Source of the DNA: Batkoa obscura
Taxonomy: Eukaryota
Length of the DNA stretch: 64,000 nt
Reading direction: 5' to 3'
NCBI GenBank assembly: GCA_030770535.1
Contig: JASVEC010000015.1
Location: 496,001 to 560,000, forward strand
Position 1 is the first letter of the stretch; every line of letters begins with the position of its first letter. Of the stretch, positions 27,571 to 40,320 are shown piece by piece. The notes beneath the pieces were generated by a model, which was not told the origin of the DNA, searched no databases, and saw only the letters and a list, made by a program, of their open reading frames with translations. The position numbers and the translations under genes are program-made.

Positions 27571-27853
27571 TCAAAATTTTAATCTCTGATCTATTTTATC
27601 AAAGATGTTAGTCACTTTTTTTAAAATAACCTTGAAAGAGTAAAAAACCTGAATATTTTATTGGTATAATGTTACTATCCTTTAAATAGGATTGTTGTAT
27701 TGTGTTATGAACTAGTTTCAATTGTCTTTCTAATTGTTAATTTAAAATTCCAATTTATCACAAATGGTGAAATTTAGACTTGAATATATTTTTTACTCAT
27801 TACCAATGATTTTCATACTGTTTTTTTAGCTATAAGTGCAGGTATTATTATAT

Positions 27854-27947
27854 TGGGATATATTTTTTGAAGATTTTACTAACAATTTCTACATTTAAAT
27901 AGCATTTGACAAATGTAAAAAGGGATGAAACCAAAAAAAATACCTCT
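27854..27947. mobile_element. Family-A MITE copy (diverged)
   Basis: Same internal sequence, flanked by ATAT on both sides. Confidence 0.7.
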
Positions 27948-28797
27948 ATATAATAATTTCTGTATCATAGCTATCCGCTTACTTAAGTATGTAATATGAA
28001 AAGTTTAAAGCCAATATTCACGTTTTATAACTAAAGCCATTACTTAATATCAGTATCTATTTTATTTATTTTAAAAATAAAAAATAAAGCTGGTATTACA
28101 ATATAATAGTTTAGTTTTTACTATTAATGTATTAGTTCATTCTTTGTGCACGATTATAAGCTCAGCTTTGCCAGTTCGTGAAAATTATTTTGCTATTTTT
28201 CTAACTTATTTGTCAGTTTGATTGAAGTTACTTGCCAGTTTTAGATTTTTCTTGAAAATTAAATTTTAAACCTGTAAGTTATATTTACTCGAAATAGGAA
28301 AAAAGTTAAAAAATGGCACGTTATTTTGCAAACCAGCAAAGGAGGTGGAATGGCGATTAAAACATTTATTTTAAATGATTCATATGAAAGTTCAACATCC
28401 CTGGCAATTATTTTCATAAACTGATAAAATTTAGAACAAACATATTTTTTAAATCTTTAGTTTTATGTTCTTAATATATTAAATATGTTTATTAATATAT
28501 ATTAGTTCTTTAATTTCTAAATTAAAATCAAAGTAGCCAAGAAATTTCAGGAGCAAATAGTAGCTCACGATGATTGGCTAACACCCCAGAAATTCGCCAA
28601 AAACATTTATTTTTAATGAGTGATTTAAGGGCCAATAAACTAGGAACTATTAGTAAATGACAACATTTTCATAGTAGAAGCTTATTTTTTTAATTTAAAA
28701 CTTTGTATTTTTATTTTATTTGTTTCAAGCAGCTTTCAACTCTCACCGCCTTTATTCTGAACAATTAGTTTGATACTACTGAATAGAATACTTTAAA

Positions 28798-30511
28798 ATG
28801 GATAAAATTGCTAAAGGTAAAGCTGGATATCAAACATTGGGCAACAAGCCCAATTATATGACACCGTCAACTCCATTAGATTATAATAAACTAACAATAG
28901 CTGAAAAGATATCACGATATGCTAAAAACGAGAGTAAATGATTTATATGATCTCATCATAACTTTTATTAATATATTTATAGCCTCAACTATTGTGTTTA
29001 TGATCATCTGGTGCATCAGTCAAATTTTAATTTTTGGATTTGCTTTTGTAAACTATAAATACAACAGTGAGTTTAGTGTGGTAAGAGATATCCTACAAGA
29101 ATCTTTTCTTATTGCTAGAGCAACCTCATTACCAATTGAAATTAATACCGCTTTAATCCTTTTACCAATGTGTCGTACCATTATTTCTCTATTGAGATCT
29201 ACCCCTTTAAACCATGTCATCCCTTTTGACAAAAATAGAACTTTCCATAAACTTACTGCTTGGACCGTCATTTTTTATTCTGTCACTCATTCAATTGCCC
29301 ATTTTATTAATTTTTATAAGTTATCCAATCTCAACGTGGGTGGTATCACTGGAAAAAGCTGGGCTCACTATACCTTTTTGACGGGACCTGGATGGTCAGG
29401 TTGCATTATGTTGTTATGTCTCATTTTAATAGGTGCTACCTCCCTTGGTAAAGTACGTCGTCAAAATTTTGAGCTATTTTGGTATACGCATCATCTGTTT
29501 GCCATCTACTTTTTAATGTATAGTTTCCATGGTGGTTTTTGTTTAATTAAGAGAGACCATCCACCTTATTGTGCAGGTGCTTCATTTTGGAAGTATTGGA
29601 CGTTTTCTGGTGTTTTGTACCTTTATGAAAGAGTTATGAGGGAGTGGCGAGGTTCTAGAGATACTTTTATATCTAGGGTTGTACTTCATCCTTCAAGGGT
29701 AGTAGAAATTCAATTTAAAAAGAAAGATTTTAAAATGAAAGCAGGACAATATATCTTTTTAAATTGTCCAGAAGTTTCTTTACACCAATGGCATCCATTT
29801 ACCTTAACCTCTGCTCCAGAAGATGACTATGCTTCTATACATATGAGAATGGCTGGTAATTTTACCAAATCACTTGCAGAGCGTTTGGGTTGTGATATAA
29901 ATGCTAAATCCCCACAAGCTGCCACTGATGAGTCGTTAGATAGAGCGTTACCTTCAATTATGATCGATGGGCCCTTTGGGTCTGCATCGGAAGATGTGTT
30001 TAATTATGAAGTATCGGTCCTAGTAGGTGCAGGTATTGGTGTAACTCCGTTTGCTTCTATCCTTAGATCCATTTGGTATCGTCTTTACACTCCAAGTAAG
30101 CAAACTAGATTATGTAAGGTATATTTTATATGGACTTGTCGTGATAAGGAAGCATTTGAATGGTTTCAATCATTATTAAGTGTAATTGAACAAGAGGATA
30201 CTTCACATATTATTGAAATCAATACCTTTTTAACAGGAAAATTGAAGGCAGATGAAATTCGTAATCTTACACTTAATTATGAAGTAGGCAAAGAAGATGC
30301 GTTGACAGGGTTAAGGTCACCAACACAATTTGGAAGACCTAACTTTAATAGTATTTTCCAGAAGTTGGTGGAGAGGCATAAGGCTACAGATATTGGTGTG
30401 TTTTTCTGTGGACCTAAACCTCTGTCTAAATCTCTTCATATGTACTGTAATCAGTATTCACAACCGGGTAATGAAGGTACTAAGTTTCATTATAACAAAG
30501 AAAACTTTTAG
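28798..30511 (+). CDS. noxB: NADPH oxidase catalytic subunit (gp91phox family), NoxB-like
   Basis: ATG 28798, intron 28934-28982. Heme His motifs FHK/HSIAH/YTHHLF, HPFTLTS, DGPFG, GAGIGVTPFAS, FFCGP, C-terminal KENF. N-terminal extension LTIAEKISRYAKNE. Confidence 0.9.
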
Positions 30512-31230
30512 GGTTTATTTTAATTTTAATAAATATATAATAACTTGGTTGTTGTTTTTGAACTTATAGTAGAATCGTATATTTATAATACATTATAAGG
30601 GTTTCAAGGTGTTAGTATACTAATGTTTTTATTATAACTAAATCGAAAGTTTACAGTAAAAGTTAAGGATAACGAATAATTAAAAAAAGCCTTTTATAGA
30701 TACCACCATTTAATAATGAATAGTACTAACTTCATTGGATCCAAAATAAGATAATATAATCTTAACTATTTCAATTAATATTTTTGTGGTATTTTATAGA
30801 TACATCTTTTAATAAAACTAGATCCTTGCCAATATTAGTTAAATATTAGACATCAAAAGGATTGAATTCTCAACTAAGAGTCATAATGATTAAAGATTAT
30901 CATAACCAATCACTGATTTTACTAACTAATAATCCTATTATTCGCGCTAAAAATAGGCATCTAATTTTAAGCTGAGGCTGATTTACTTTATTTAAGCTCA
31001 AGCACCAAACCCAAATTTAACATCAGCAGCTAATCAGATCAACTCGAAAACATGAACCAATTTTGAGTTCAATATGATTGGCTAAGTTTAAATTCACGGC
31101 TGGAAAATTAGTCTAACTCAGGGTAAATCACAAAATAAGAAAAAATTGGAATTTTAGTTAGCTTAACACCTTCTTGAATAGTAACCAATGTACTATTAAC
31201 TCGAAAGTGAATTATCAGAGCAGCAACAAA

Positions 31231-32251
31231 ATGACTAATGAAAAATACCCCTTCTGGTTCGGTGGCTTAGCCTGTAGTTTTGCTTCATTGTGTACCCATC
31301 CTCAAGATCTTTTAAAAGTACAATTACAAAATCATAAACTTAGAAAAGGGCCAGGACTTGTTAAGACCGCTCAAACTATCCTAAAGCAACAAGGTTTCTT
31401 GGCTTTGTATGATGGTATAGGTGCTGCACTATTGAGGCAGATGACTTACTCTACAATTCGGTTTGGTTGTTACGATAGGTTTAAAAGTCAATTTCAAGGT
31501 CCAGATGGTAAAGTGCCTTTTTACGGCTTGGTGGCTTCAGCTGTATTAGCAGGCTGTGTGGGCGGAGGCTTTGGTAACCCATTTGATGTTATCAACGTTA
31601 GGATGCAATCTGATCGACAGTTACCAGAGCAGATGCAAAGAAAATACAAAAACGTATTAGAGGGCTTTTTTAGAATTATTAAAGAAGAAGGAAGTAGCAC
31701 CTTATTAAGAGGTCTTCGTACCAGCATGGTACGTTCAGTTATTATGACTGTATCCCAACTTGGATCCTATGATGTTATTAAAACGCAGTTGATGTCAACT
31801 AAGTATTTTGAAGAGGATTTGAAAACCCACTTTGTTACTAGTTTATTGGCAGTAAGTTTTTTATGTTCTAATATAATCTATGTATTTAGTTGATTTTTAG
31901 GGTATAGTTGCCACCACAGCATGCTCCCCAATTGATGTAGTAAAGACAAGGATTATGTCAAGTAGTAAAGAGGTAGGACAATCAGCCAAGATCTATAAAG
32001 CAATGTGTCATATAGTTCAAGAAGAGGGAATAAGATCATTGTTTAAAGGTTGGTTACCTTCTTATTTGAGATTAGGACCACATACCATATTAACCTTTAT
32101 GTTACTTGAACAATTTAAAGCTTATTATCAAACAAGAGATGGGAATACAAGTCGCAGTATGATCAAAGGAACCAAATCAGAAATTCAAACTCAAAAGATT
32201 TCAATTGATTTGGGAAATAGTCATAGCAAAAAAATATCATCTCCATTTTAA
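31231..32251 (+). CDS. DIC1: Mitochondrial dicarboxylate carrier
   Basis: YPFWFGG, THPQDLLKV, RQMTYSTIRFG, NPFDVINVRMQ, LRLGPHT. Intron 31852-31900. Confidence 0.88.
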
Positions 32252-33076
32252 GTTTCGCTTTGAAAATTATTTTTATTTAATCTTATAGTCTAATTAATTT
32301 GACTATTTTTATCTTACTTTATTTAATATCTTATAGATACTACTCTTTAGTCTTTTATCGTTAGACAATCTGTTTTATTGTTTAGGATTCTCCTCCCTAT
32401 ATAAGTCATATATGAGATCGATCTTTCTCATTTTATATAATATAAAGTTATATTTATCTTATTTTCCTTAGAAAGTGGTAATATTAATATATAACAATCG
32501 AAACTTTTTATTTTTTTATTTGATAAGCTATATTATCTACATGTTGTTTACTTTATTTCATTACAAGTATAAATATTTTATTGTTTATAGCTTGCTTTGA
32601 TATATAGTGACAAATAAAGCAGGCTCTATGTTAGTCACTTTTAGTTTTTTATGAACATTCAAATAAATTCCAAAATGAAAAAAGTGACTAGTGTTTACTT
32701 TTATTAGTTGCTACAACTTTACCTTTAAGTTCGATAGTTTTAAATAGTTAATAATCAAACATTGATATTGACTTTTTTACTAAAGTGTCAAATAAGTCAA
32801 CTTTATAAAATGTTTATCTAGTTAAACAAGCTATGAATATATAATTGTTTTTATTGAGTTACTTTAGTAGTTTTTAGTTTGTGTACTTTTCGAAATTGTT
32901 CATACTTTACTTTTAACAAGCGTGGAAATGACTTTTACAAATGTTATATTTTAAACAATACTATTCAATTAGAATAATCATTAGCAATAAATATTTCACA
33001 TACATCTATCAAACTAACGGCTGCATTATGTATAATATATAATATACTTCTAATAACGATAAAAGAATCATCATAT

Positions 33077-33234
33077 GAAGTTGTCATTTTGTTCAAAATT
33101 TACAAATTGTTCATATAGTAATATTTTTTTTTTCCAATTTTTGTGCATATTTAAACAATTTTTTAAATTTTTTAAAACATAATCATTATTCTATTGCATA
33201 GAATTTGAACAAAAAATGAACAAAAGACAATCCC
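33077..33234. mobile_element. 158-bp MITE (family B) with ATAT TSD
   Basis: atat-GAAGTTGTCATTTTGTTCA…TGAACAAAAGACAATCCC-atat. Confidence 0.65.
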
Positions 33235-33358
33235 ATATAGCCCATTAATACTATAACTTCTTTAATAAAAATTTTAAACATAAATATCATTTTATTGCCA
33301 TCAAAGCTAGTTATTAATCTTCAGTATAAAAGATATGGCGTTAGTTTTGAGAAGAAAT

Positions 33359-35010
33359 TTAAACTTGAGGAGAAGCAGCCAAGATTTCAGGAGTAGCTTG
33401 AGAGGCATATTCTTTAAAGTTTTCATTGAAAAGGGTACCAAGTTTCTTAAGTGTAGCATCATAAGATTCGGCAGTACCTAACCAGGCCTTAGCTGGGTTA
33501 ATGACTTCATCTGGAACACCAGTGATCTTGGTTGGGATCTTAAGATTGAAGACTGGATAGTCGACATAATCAGCTTTATCAAGTTCACCATTATGAATAG
33601 CATCAATGATAGCACGAGAGTATTTAAGTGAAATACGTTTACCGGTACCATAAGCACCACCGTTCCATCCAGTGTTAATCAACCAGGCACTGGCTTGATG
33701 TTTTTCCATTTTTTCGGCTAACATAGAAGCATATTTAACTGGATGCCATACTAAGAAGGGTTGTCCGAAACAAGCAGAGAAGGTAGCTTGTGGTTCAGTA
33801 ACACCTTCTTCAGTACCAGCGATCTTAGCAGTGTAACCAGAAATGAAATGGTACATAGCTTGGGATGGAGTTAATTTAGAAATTGGTGGTAAAACACCAA
33901 AAGCATCACAAGTCAACAAAACAATGTGTTTAGGATGACCACCAATACATGGAATCTTAGCATTTGGAATATATTCAATTGGGTAGGCAGCACGAGTGTT
34001 TTCAGTGATATCTTTGTTTTCATAATCAACATCACGCTTACCATCATAAACAACGTTTTCTAAAACGGAACCGAAACGAATAGCATTGAAAATTTCAGGT
34101 TCTTTTTCACCTGATAATCCAATACATTTAGCATAGCACCCACCTTCAATGTTAAATACACCATCATCGGACCAACAATGTTCATCATCACCAATCAATA
34201 AACGATGTGGGTCAGCTGAAAGGGTGGTTTTTCCAGTACCGGATAAACCAAAGAAGAGAGAAACTTCTCCTTCAGCACTGGTGTTGGCACTAGAATGGAG
34301 GGAAAGTACACCAGCTTTTGGCATAAGGTAATGCATAACGGTGAATACACCCTTTTTCATTTCACCAGCATATTCAGTACCAAGGATGACCATTTCACGA
34401 CGTTTGAAGGAAATAGCTACTGAGGTAGTGGAAGTCATACCAGTAGTATAACGATTGGCAGGGAATTGACCAGCGTTAAAGATGGTAAAGTCAGGGTGAC
34501 CAAAGTTTTCAAGCTCTTCTTCGGTTGGACGAATCAACATATTACGCATGAAAAGAGCATGATAAGCACGTGCACAAACAACACGAATTTTAATACGGTA
34601 TTTTGGATCCCAACCTGCATAACCATCAAATACATATAAACGGGAACGAGTGTTAAGGTAATCAACAGCACGTTCATGATTAATACGGAAAACTTCATCA
34701 CTCATTGGGGTATTAACTGGACCCCACTATAGATATTAAAATTAAGTAAATAAAAATTAGTAAATAAACTTACCCAGATATCTCCTGAAGTTTCAGTTTC
34801 TTCAACAATACGTTTATCACGTGGAGAACGACCAGTTTTGGCACCAGATTTGGTAATGATGGCACCGGAAGAAGATAAAACGGTACCAGGTTCATGGGTG
34901 AGGGCATGCTCATAAAGTTCAGCGACGGATAAGTTACGGAAAATCTTAGTACGTTGATAATCGATCTTAGCTTCAGCTTTAAGATCGTCATAAATGTTAC
35001 CGAAAACCAT
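33359..35010 (-). CDS. PCK1: Phosphoenolpyruvate carboxykinase (ATP)
   Basis: [46 protein letters not shown]. Intron 34727-34773. Confidence 0.97.
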
Positions 35011-35232
35011 ATTTAAGTTAAGTTTTTGTTTAAAGAGGGGAGTTAAAGATTTAAGTAAAGTAAACCTAGTGATAGGAATTACGTATTAGTATAAAAAAAT
35101 TAGAGAGCTACAATGAGTTTGTTGGACTTATATACTATTTCGTTGATTTACTTTTCCATTCTATTGTAAGTTTTAGTGATGATGGAGTAGTAAGCTAATA
35201 AAATCCAATTATTATGATACATAATATCATAT

Positions 35233-35460
35233 CATTGGCTTAAGTTAACCCTATTTGCCGAACCTTGGGCCTAAAACGAGGGTTTGTTTTTAGTAAATTT
35301 TCAATTAGGGTTTTGATTGGCCAATCATGCTTAGAGTTTGAAACTAAACAGCCAAATTAGTATCGAATAAGTGGACCCTATCTCTAACTTTGATTGGCTT
35401 CAATTTAGGAGTTCTGATTCATTTGATTAGATAGAAGTATTTAATTATCAAAAGATTGGA
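35233..35460. promoter_or_regulatory. Cluster of CCAAT boxes upstream of PCK1
   Basis: ATTGG/CCAAT at ~35234, 35314-35327 (palindrome TGATTGGCCAATCA), ~35393 and ~35455. Confidence 0.5.
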
Positions 35461-36562
35461 AATCTATGTTCTGAAATGAACAAAAAAATCTTAAAAATAG
35501 TCCATGTCATAGTTAAGCCTAAAAGGTTTACTTAAACTTATCCAATTACTATAGATTATTTTAGTTAACTACACATTTTATTCGCTATGAATCATTGATT
35601 TTTCAACAAAAACTTCTCATTTTAGCAAACTAAATAAAAATTAAGAATTTTTATAAAACATGTATCAATGTACATGTATCTCCCCTCTATTGTTTAATAA
35701 TCTGTTCACTTATCTTATATATATTATTGTTTAAACCACACATTTAGGCTGATTCAACCGCCGTAATGAAACTAAGATCAATATCGGTTTAATTAACTGT
35801 TTTGAAGCGAAGATGATTTAAGCTAAAATCTTTAATAACCTCCACTTTAATTGGATAAATATTATAAAGATTCAGAGTACTCTGTTGAAATTTAAAGAGC
35901 TATTAAAGTATTAATAAGTTAGTATATTTCGGAGTTTATTTAGTTAGGGTCTAATAGAGGTAAATATACTACTGTCATATTGCTATGATGATTATTAGAA
36001 AGTTTGAAATGACCTGTTATTAGTTGACAAAATCTCGTTCCTTACTACCGAATTTAAATCTTGTGCTTGATTGATGTTAAGTTGATCATATTAAATAATC
36101 ATAATAATGATTAAAGTAAATGAGCAATAGTATAAGGAGTAATTGTTACTAATCCTTTCTAACGATTTATAAATCTTTTATTATTGTATTCATATTATAT
36201 TATATTTATTAATTTTATTACGTTTATAAATTGATTATTATGTAATTAATAGCCAAAATTATTAATAGATTATTATTAATGAATATAGATTAACTTGTTT
36301 ATATATTTAAGAGTTGAGTCTATTTTTAATTTTTAATTTATTTTTAATTCAAGTTAATAGCTTAAAGTTTATTTAAATATTTAAAGTTTATTTAATTTAA
36401 ATTCAATACTATTTGTTATTTTGATATTAAGGGTAATTAAAAATTATTATTATTATTATTATTTTGATAATAAATAAATATAACTGTTAATTTATAGTTA
36501 TTGTTGTAGCATCCCTAAAATTTATTTAATTTTGATTACTATCTTATAATAATTTTACTAAT

Positions 36563-37073
36563 GGGGATGTACTTGTGTTTAAGAATTTTACTAACAAATT
36601 TTCCACTTAAATAGCGCTTAAAAAAATGGAAAAAATAATGAAGTCAAAAAAAACACCCCCAATATTGAAACTATAAATTTTTTTTATTAAGTACTTGAAG
36701 TTATAAAATCAGAAATTTTCTTAACATTTTAAAAAGATGAAATATTGAATATACTTTTTATTATTATTATAGTTTTTTAAGTACTCTAAATACCTAAAAA
36801 AAACTTACACTAGTTAGAATACTGTTAAAATAAAAATAAGAAAATAAAAAAAATAAAAAAAAGATTCAAATATATATATACTTAAACAATTGATATAATA
36901 ATGCATATTATAATATGAGTGTATTTAGCTATGATAATTAGATTGATTATTATAAATGAATAATAAAAACAATATGGGAATGTTTTTTTTGACTTCATTA
37001 TTTTTTCCATTTTTTAAGCGCTATTTAAGTGGAAAATTTGTTAGTAAAATTCTTAAACACAAAATACATCTCC
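36563..37073. mobile_element. Inverted pair of near-identical family-A MITEs (36563-36660 and 36976-37073)
   Basis: The second copy is almost the exact reverse complement of the first, and is flanked by ATAT/ATAT. Confidence 0.85.
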
Positions 37074-37292
37074 ATATACTTAAAAGCCTATTAAATCCCA
37101 AATAGTAAACTATTTTGTAAATTATTATCATCTAAACACTAATTTACTAACATAAATCAACTAATGCAAATCTGTCTTTTTGCAAATTTTTAATTTTTGT
37201 CTTTTTTACAAAAATTTAAAAATAACCACGTCATTCATTTTTGTATTTAAAAAAATAATAACTTCACATTTCTAATTCAGTATCCAAAGACT

Positions 37293-38421
37293 ATGCTAAC
37301 TAAAAGAGTATTGAAATATTTTAAACAAATAACAAAGTATCAAAGGGCTTATTTTGATTCATTTTCAGTAAGTTTTATAAATTTAATTGAATGTATTTTA
37401 CTACATTCTAATTCTTTGTTTTTACTAGGGGAATTCGAATATTCAAAGTAATTTAATCCCATTTGTTATTGAACAAACGGTAAAAAAAAAGTTTAATGTT
37501 TTTGAAATAGATTAATTTGATTTCATTTAGCCAAGAGGGGAACGAAGTTTTGATATTTATTCCCGATTATTAAAAGAAAGAATCATTATTTTAAATGGAG
37601 CAGTAAGTATTAATTTCATTAAGTTATTAAATCTCGTAACAGCTTCCAAACCAATCACATTTTATTAACCTATTTTTTTTTTTTACAAAACATTAGGTCA
37701 ATGATAATTTATCTTCAGTAGTAGTAGCTCAATTATTATTTTTAGAAGCAGAAAATCCAGAAAAAATGATATCAATTTATATTAATTCTCCAGGTGGTTC
37801 AGTATCAGCTGGTTTAGCTATTTATGATACAGTAAGAAAATTAAAGTTATTATTTTTTAGTTTATTTTCATAACCATATTTTTTTATAGATGCAAGTAAT
37901 ATGAAATTAATTTATTAATATCAAATAATAGAGTTTTTATTTTAAAAGTATATAAAAAGCCCAATCTCTACTTTGTGTTTAGGACAAGCATGTTCCATGG
38001 GTTCTTTATTATTAGCAGCAGGTAATTTTCGATATTTTAATAGTCTTAACTTTATTTTAATATTCAATAATATTCAATAATATTTAATTATTTAAATAGG
38101 TGATTCTGGTAAACGATATGCCTTACCTAATTCTAGAATAATGATTCATCAGCCAAGTGGTGGTGCATCAGGCCAAGCTTCGGATATTGCGATTCATGCT
38201 GTTGAAATCCTAAAGACTAGAGAAAGATTAAATAAACTTTATCATTATCATTGTAAAATTCATGATATTGAAATTATTGGTAAATTAAAAAAATAATAAT
38301 AGTAAATAATAATAATATTTTTATTTATATAGAAAATGCAATGCAAAGAGATAATTTTATGTCTGCAGAAGAAGCAAAAGAATTTGGTTTAATTGATGAA
38401 GTTTTAATAAATAGAAAATAA
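37293..38421 (+). CDS. CLPP: Mitochondrial ATP-dependent Clp protease proteolytic subunit (absent from ORF track)
   Basis: Spliced [95 protein letters not shown]. Confidence 0.95.
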
Positions 38422-38468
38422 GAGAATCTATTTAATTTAACTTAAATACAATTTATTTCATTTCTATA

Positions 38469-40320
38469 CTACCATTTAGTAGATAATCCAAGTGTTGTAC
38501 TATTCTTTTCTTCTTTTTTAATAGGATGATATTCTGTATAAAAACTATTTAACATCTCTAAATTTGTATTATATATATCACTATTAAACCATTGTTGATA
38601 TATTAGCTGTAAATAGGGATTTAAAAATGGATCATATAAAACTGAATTATTATTATTTCTTATTAAATAATGTTGTTTTTTCATTAAATATAGCCATTGT
38701 TTACTATCAATTAATTCATTCTTTAATTGTCCACCACCATTAATACAACCTATAAAATAAAATATAAAATAAATGTATTATTAATTAATATTATTTATAT
38801 TATTAACATTATAAAATTAATTACCTGATGGACAAGCCATAATTTCAATAAATTGATAATTAGATTTAATTTTATTATTTTTTAATTTACGTATTACGTT
38901 TTGTATATTTCTAAAACCATAAGCTTGAGCTATTTTTAATTGAATATTATTATTATTATCCTAAATAATAAAAATATCTTAATTAATATATTAATATATT
39001 ATAAATATATTAAACAAACTTACAATTAATTGAATTTCTTTAAAATCATTATTACGTAAAGTATTAATTTTAAAATTCATTAAATTTAAATTACTATTAT
39101 CATTATTATCTGGATTCGGATATAGAAACTCATTAAAATTAGCATCAAAATTAAAATGATATTTAGCAAACTGATAGTAAATAAATTGAGTTAGCCCATC
39201 TGAATAATTAGTAGAAAAAGAGTATTTAGTTGGATTATATAAATATCCTTCCCATTCGTTATTATTGCTATTTATGTTATTATTATTAGTAATTAAAGGA
39301 TCTAATTCTATTGGAACAATAGTTGCCATATCAATATTTTTTTCCAATATAATTTTTTCTAATTCGCCTGTTGTAATAACACAATCAATATCTCTAGTTT
39401 TAAATAAATCATTATAAAAATCATTTCTACTAGCTTCTAATTTTTTATCATAACATGGCATTATTGTAAAATGATAAATATCTTCATATCTAATGTAAGT
39501 ATTAATACAAATAAATATAGTTATTAATAATGCTAACAAATAAAACTTACTTTAAATTGTTTTCTTTTGCATAAAAATTCTTAACTAAACTCCCCATAAT
39601 TTGCTGAGGTGATTTGACTTTTGATATATATGGTATAATAAACTCTTGGCTTTTTTCAGCATAACAAATCCAACCTAATAAAAAATAAATAATCAAATTA
39701 TAAAAAAATCTCATTGAATATTTCAACTTACCTGGACAGGCGGATGTAATAATTGGCAGTCCATCTCCTTGTTTACTTTTCTCTTCAAACTCTTTAAAAG
39801 CTTCTAATAACATCAAATCCCTTGCAATATTAATATCTATTACTTTAAAAACACCAATTTGTTTTAATACACCACATAATATTTTTCTCATGATTTCAAA
39901 CTCCGTATTATATTTAGCTGAAAAGCTACTGATGACTTGTGGACTTATGCTGGCTATCACTGTTTTATTCGAGGCAATCGCTTTATATACTTCTATATGA
40001 CTTTGTAAACTTACCAGTATACTTTCAGCGCTAGTAATACAACCACTATTGTTATTGATAAAAAATAAAAACAATTAGAATTTGTTTCTTATTAAATTAT
40101 TAATACTCTTTTTTAATTACCTACAAGCCAAACAATCCGTTAAAGTAATATTTACTTTCTCATATTCAATAGGTCCCATATCTACTTCTCCTTCATATTC
40201 AATTTTAATTTCAGATGTATTAATTGGCTGTTTAGGCTTTTCAATGGGAATGATACAGTCTTGACTAGGGTTGATATGATCATCTAAATCGGTTAATTTT
40301 AATCCACCACTGAAACTCAT
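38469..40320 (-). CDS. NAR1: Cytosolic Fe-S cluster assembly factor Nar1/CIAO3, multi-exon
   Basis: [87 protein letters not shown]. Confidence 0.95.
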
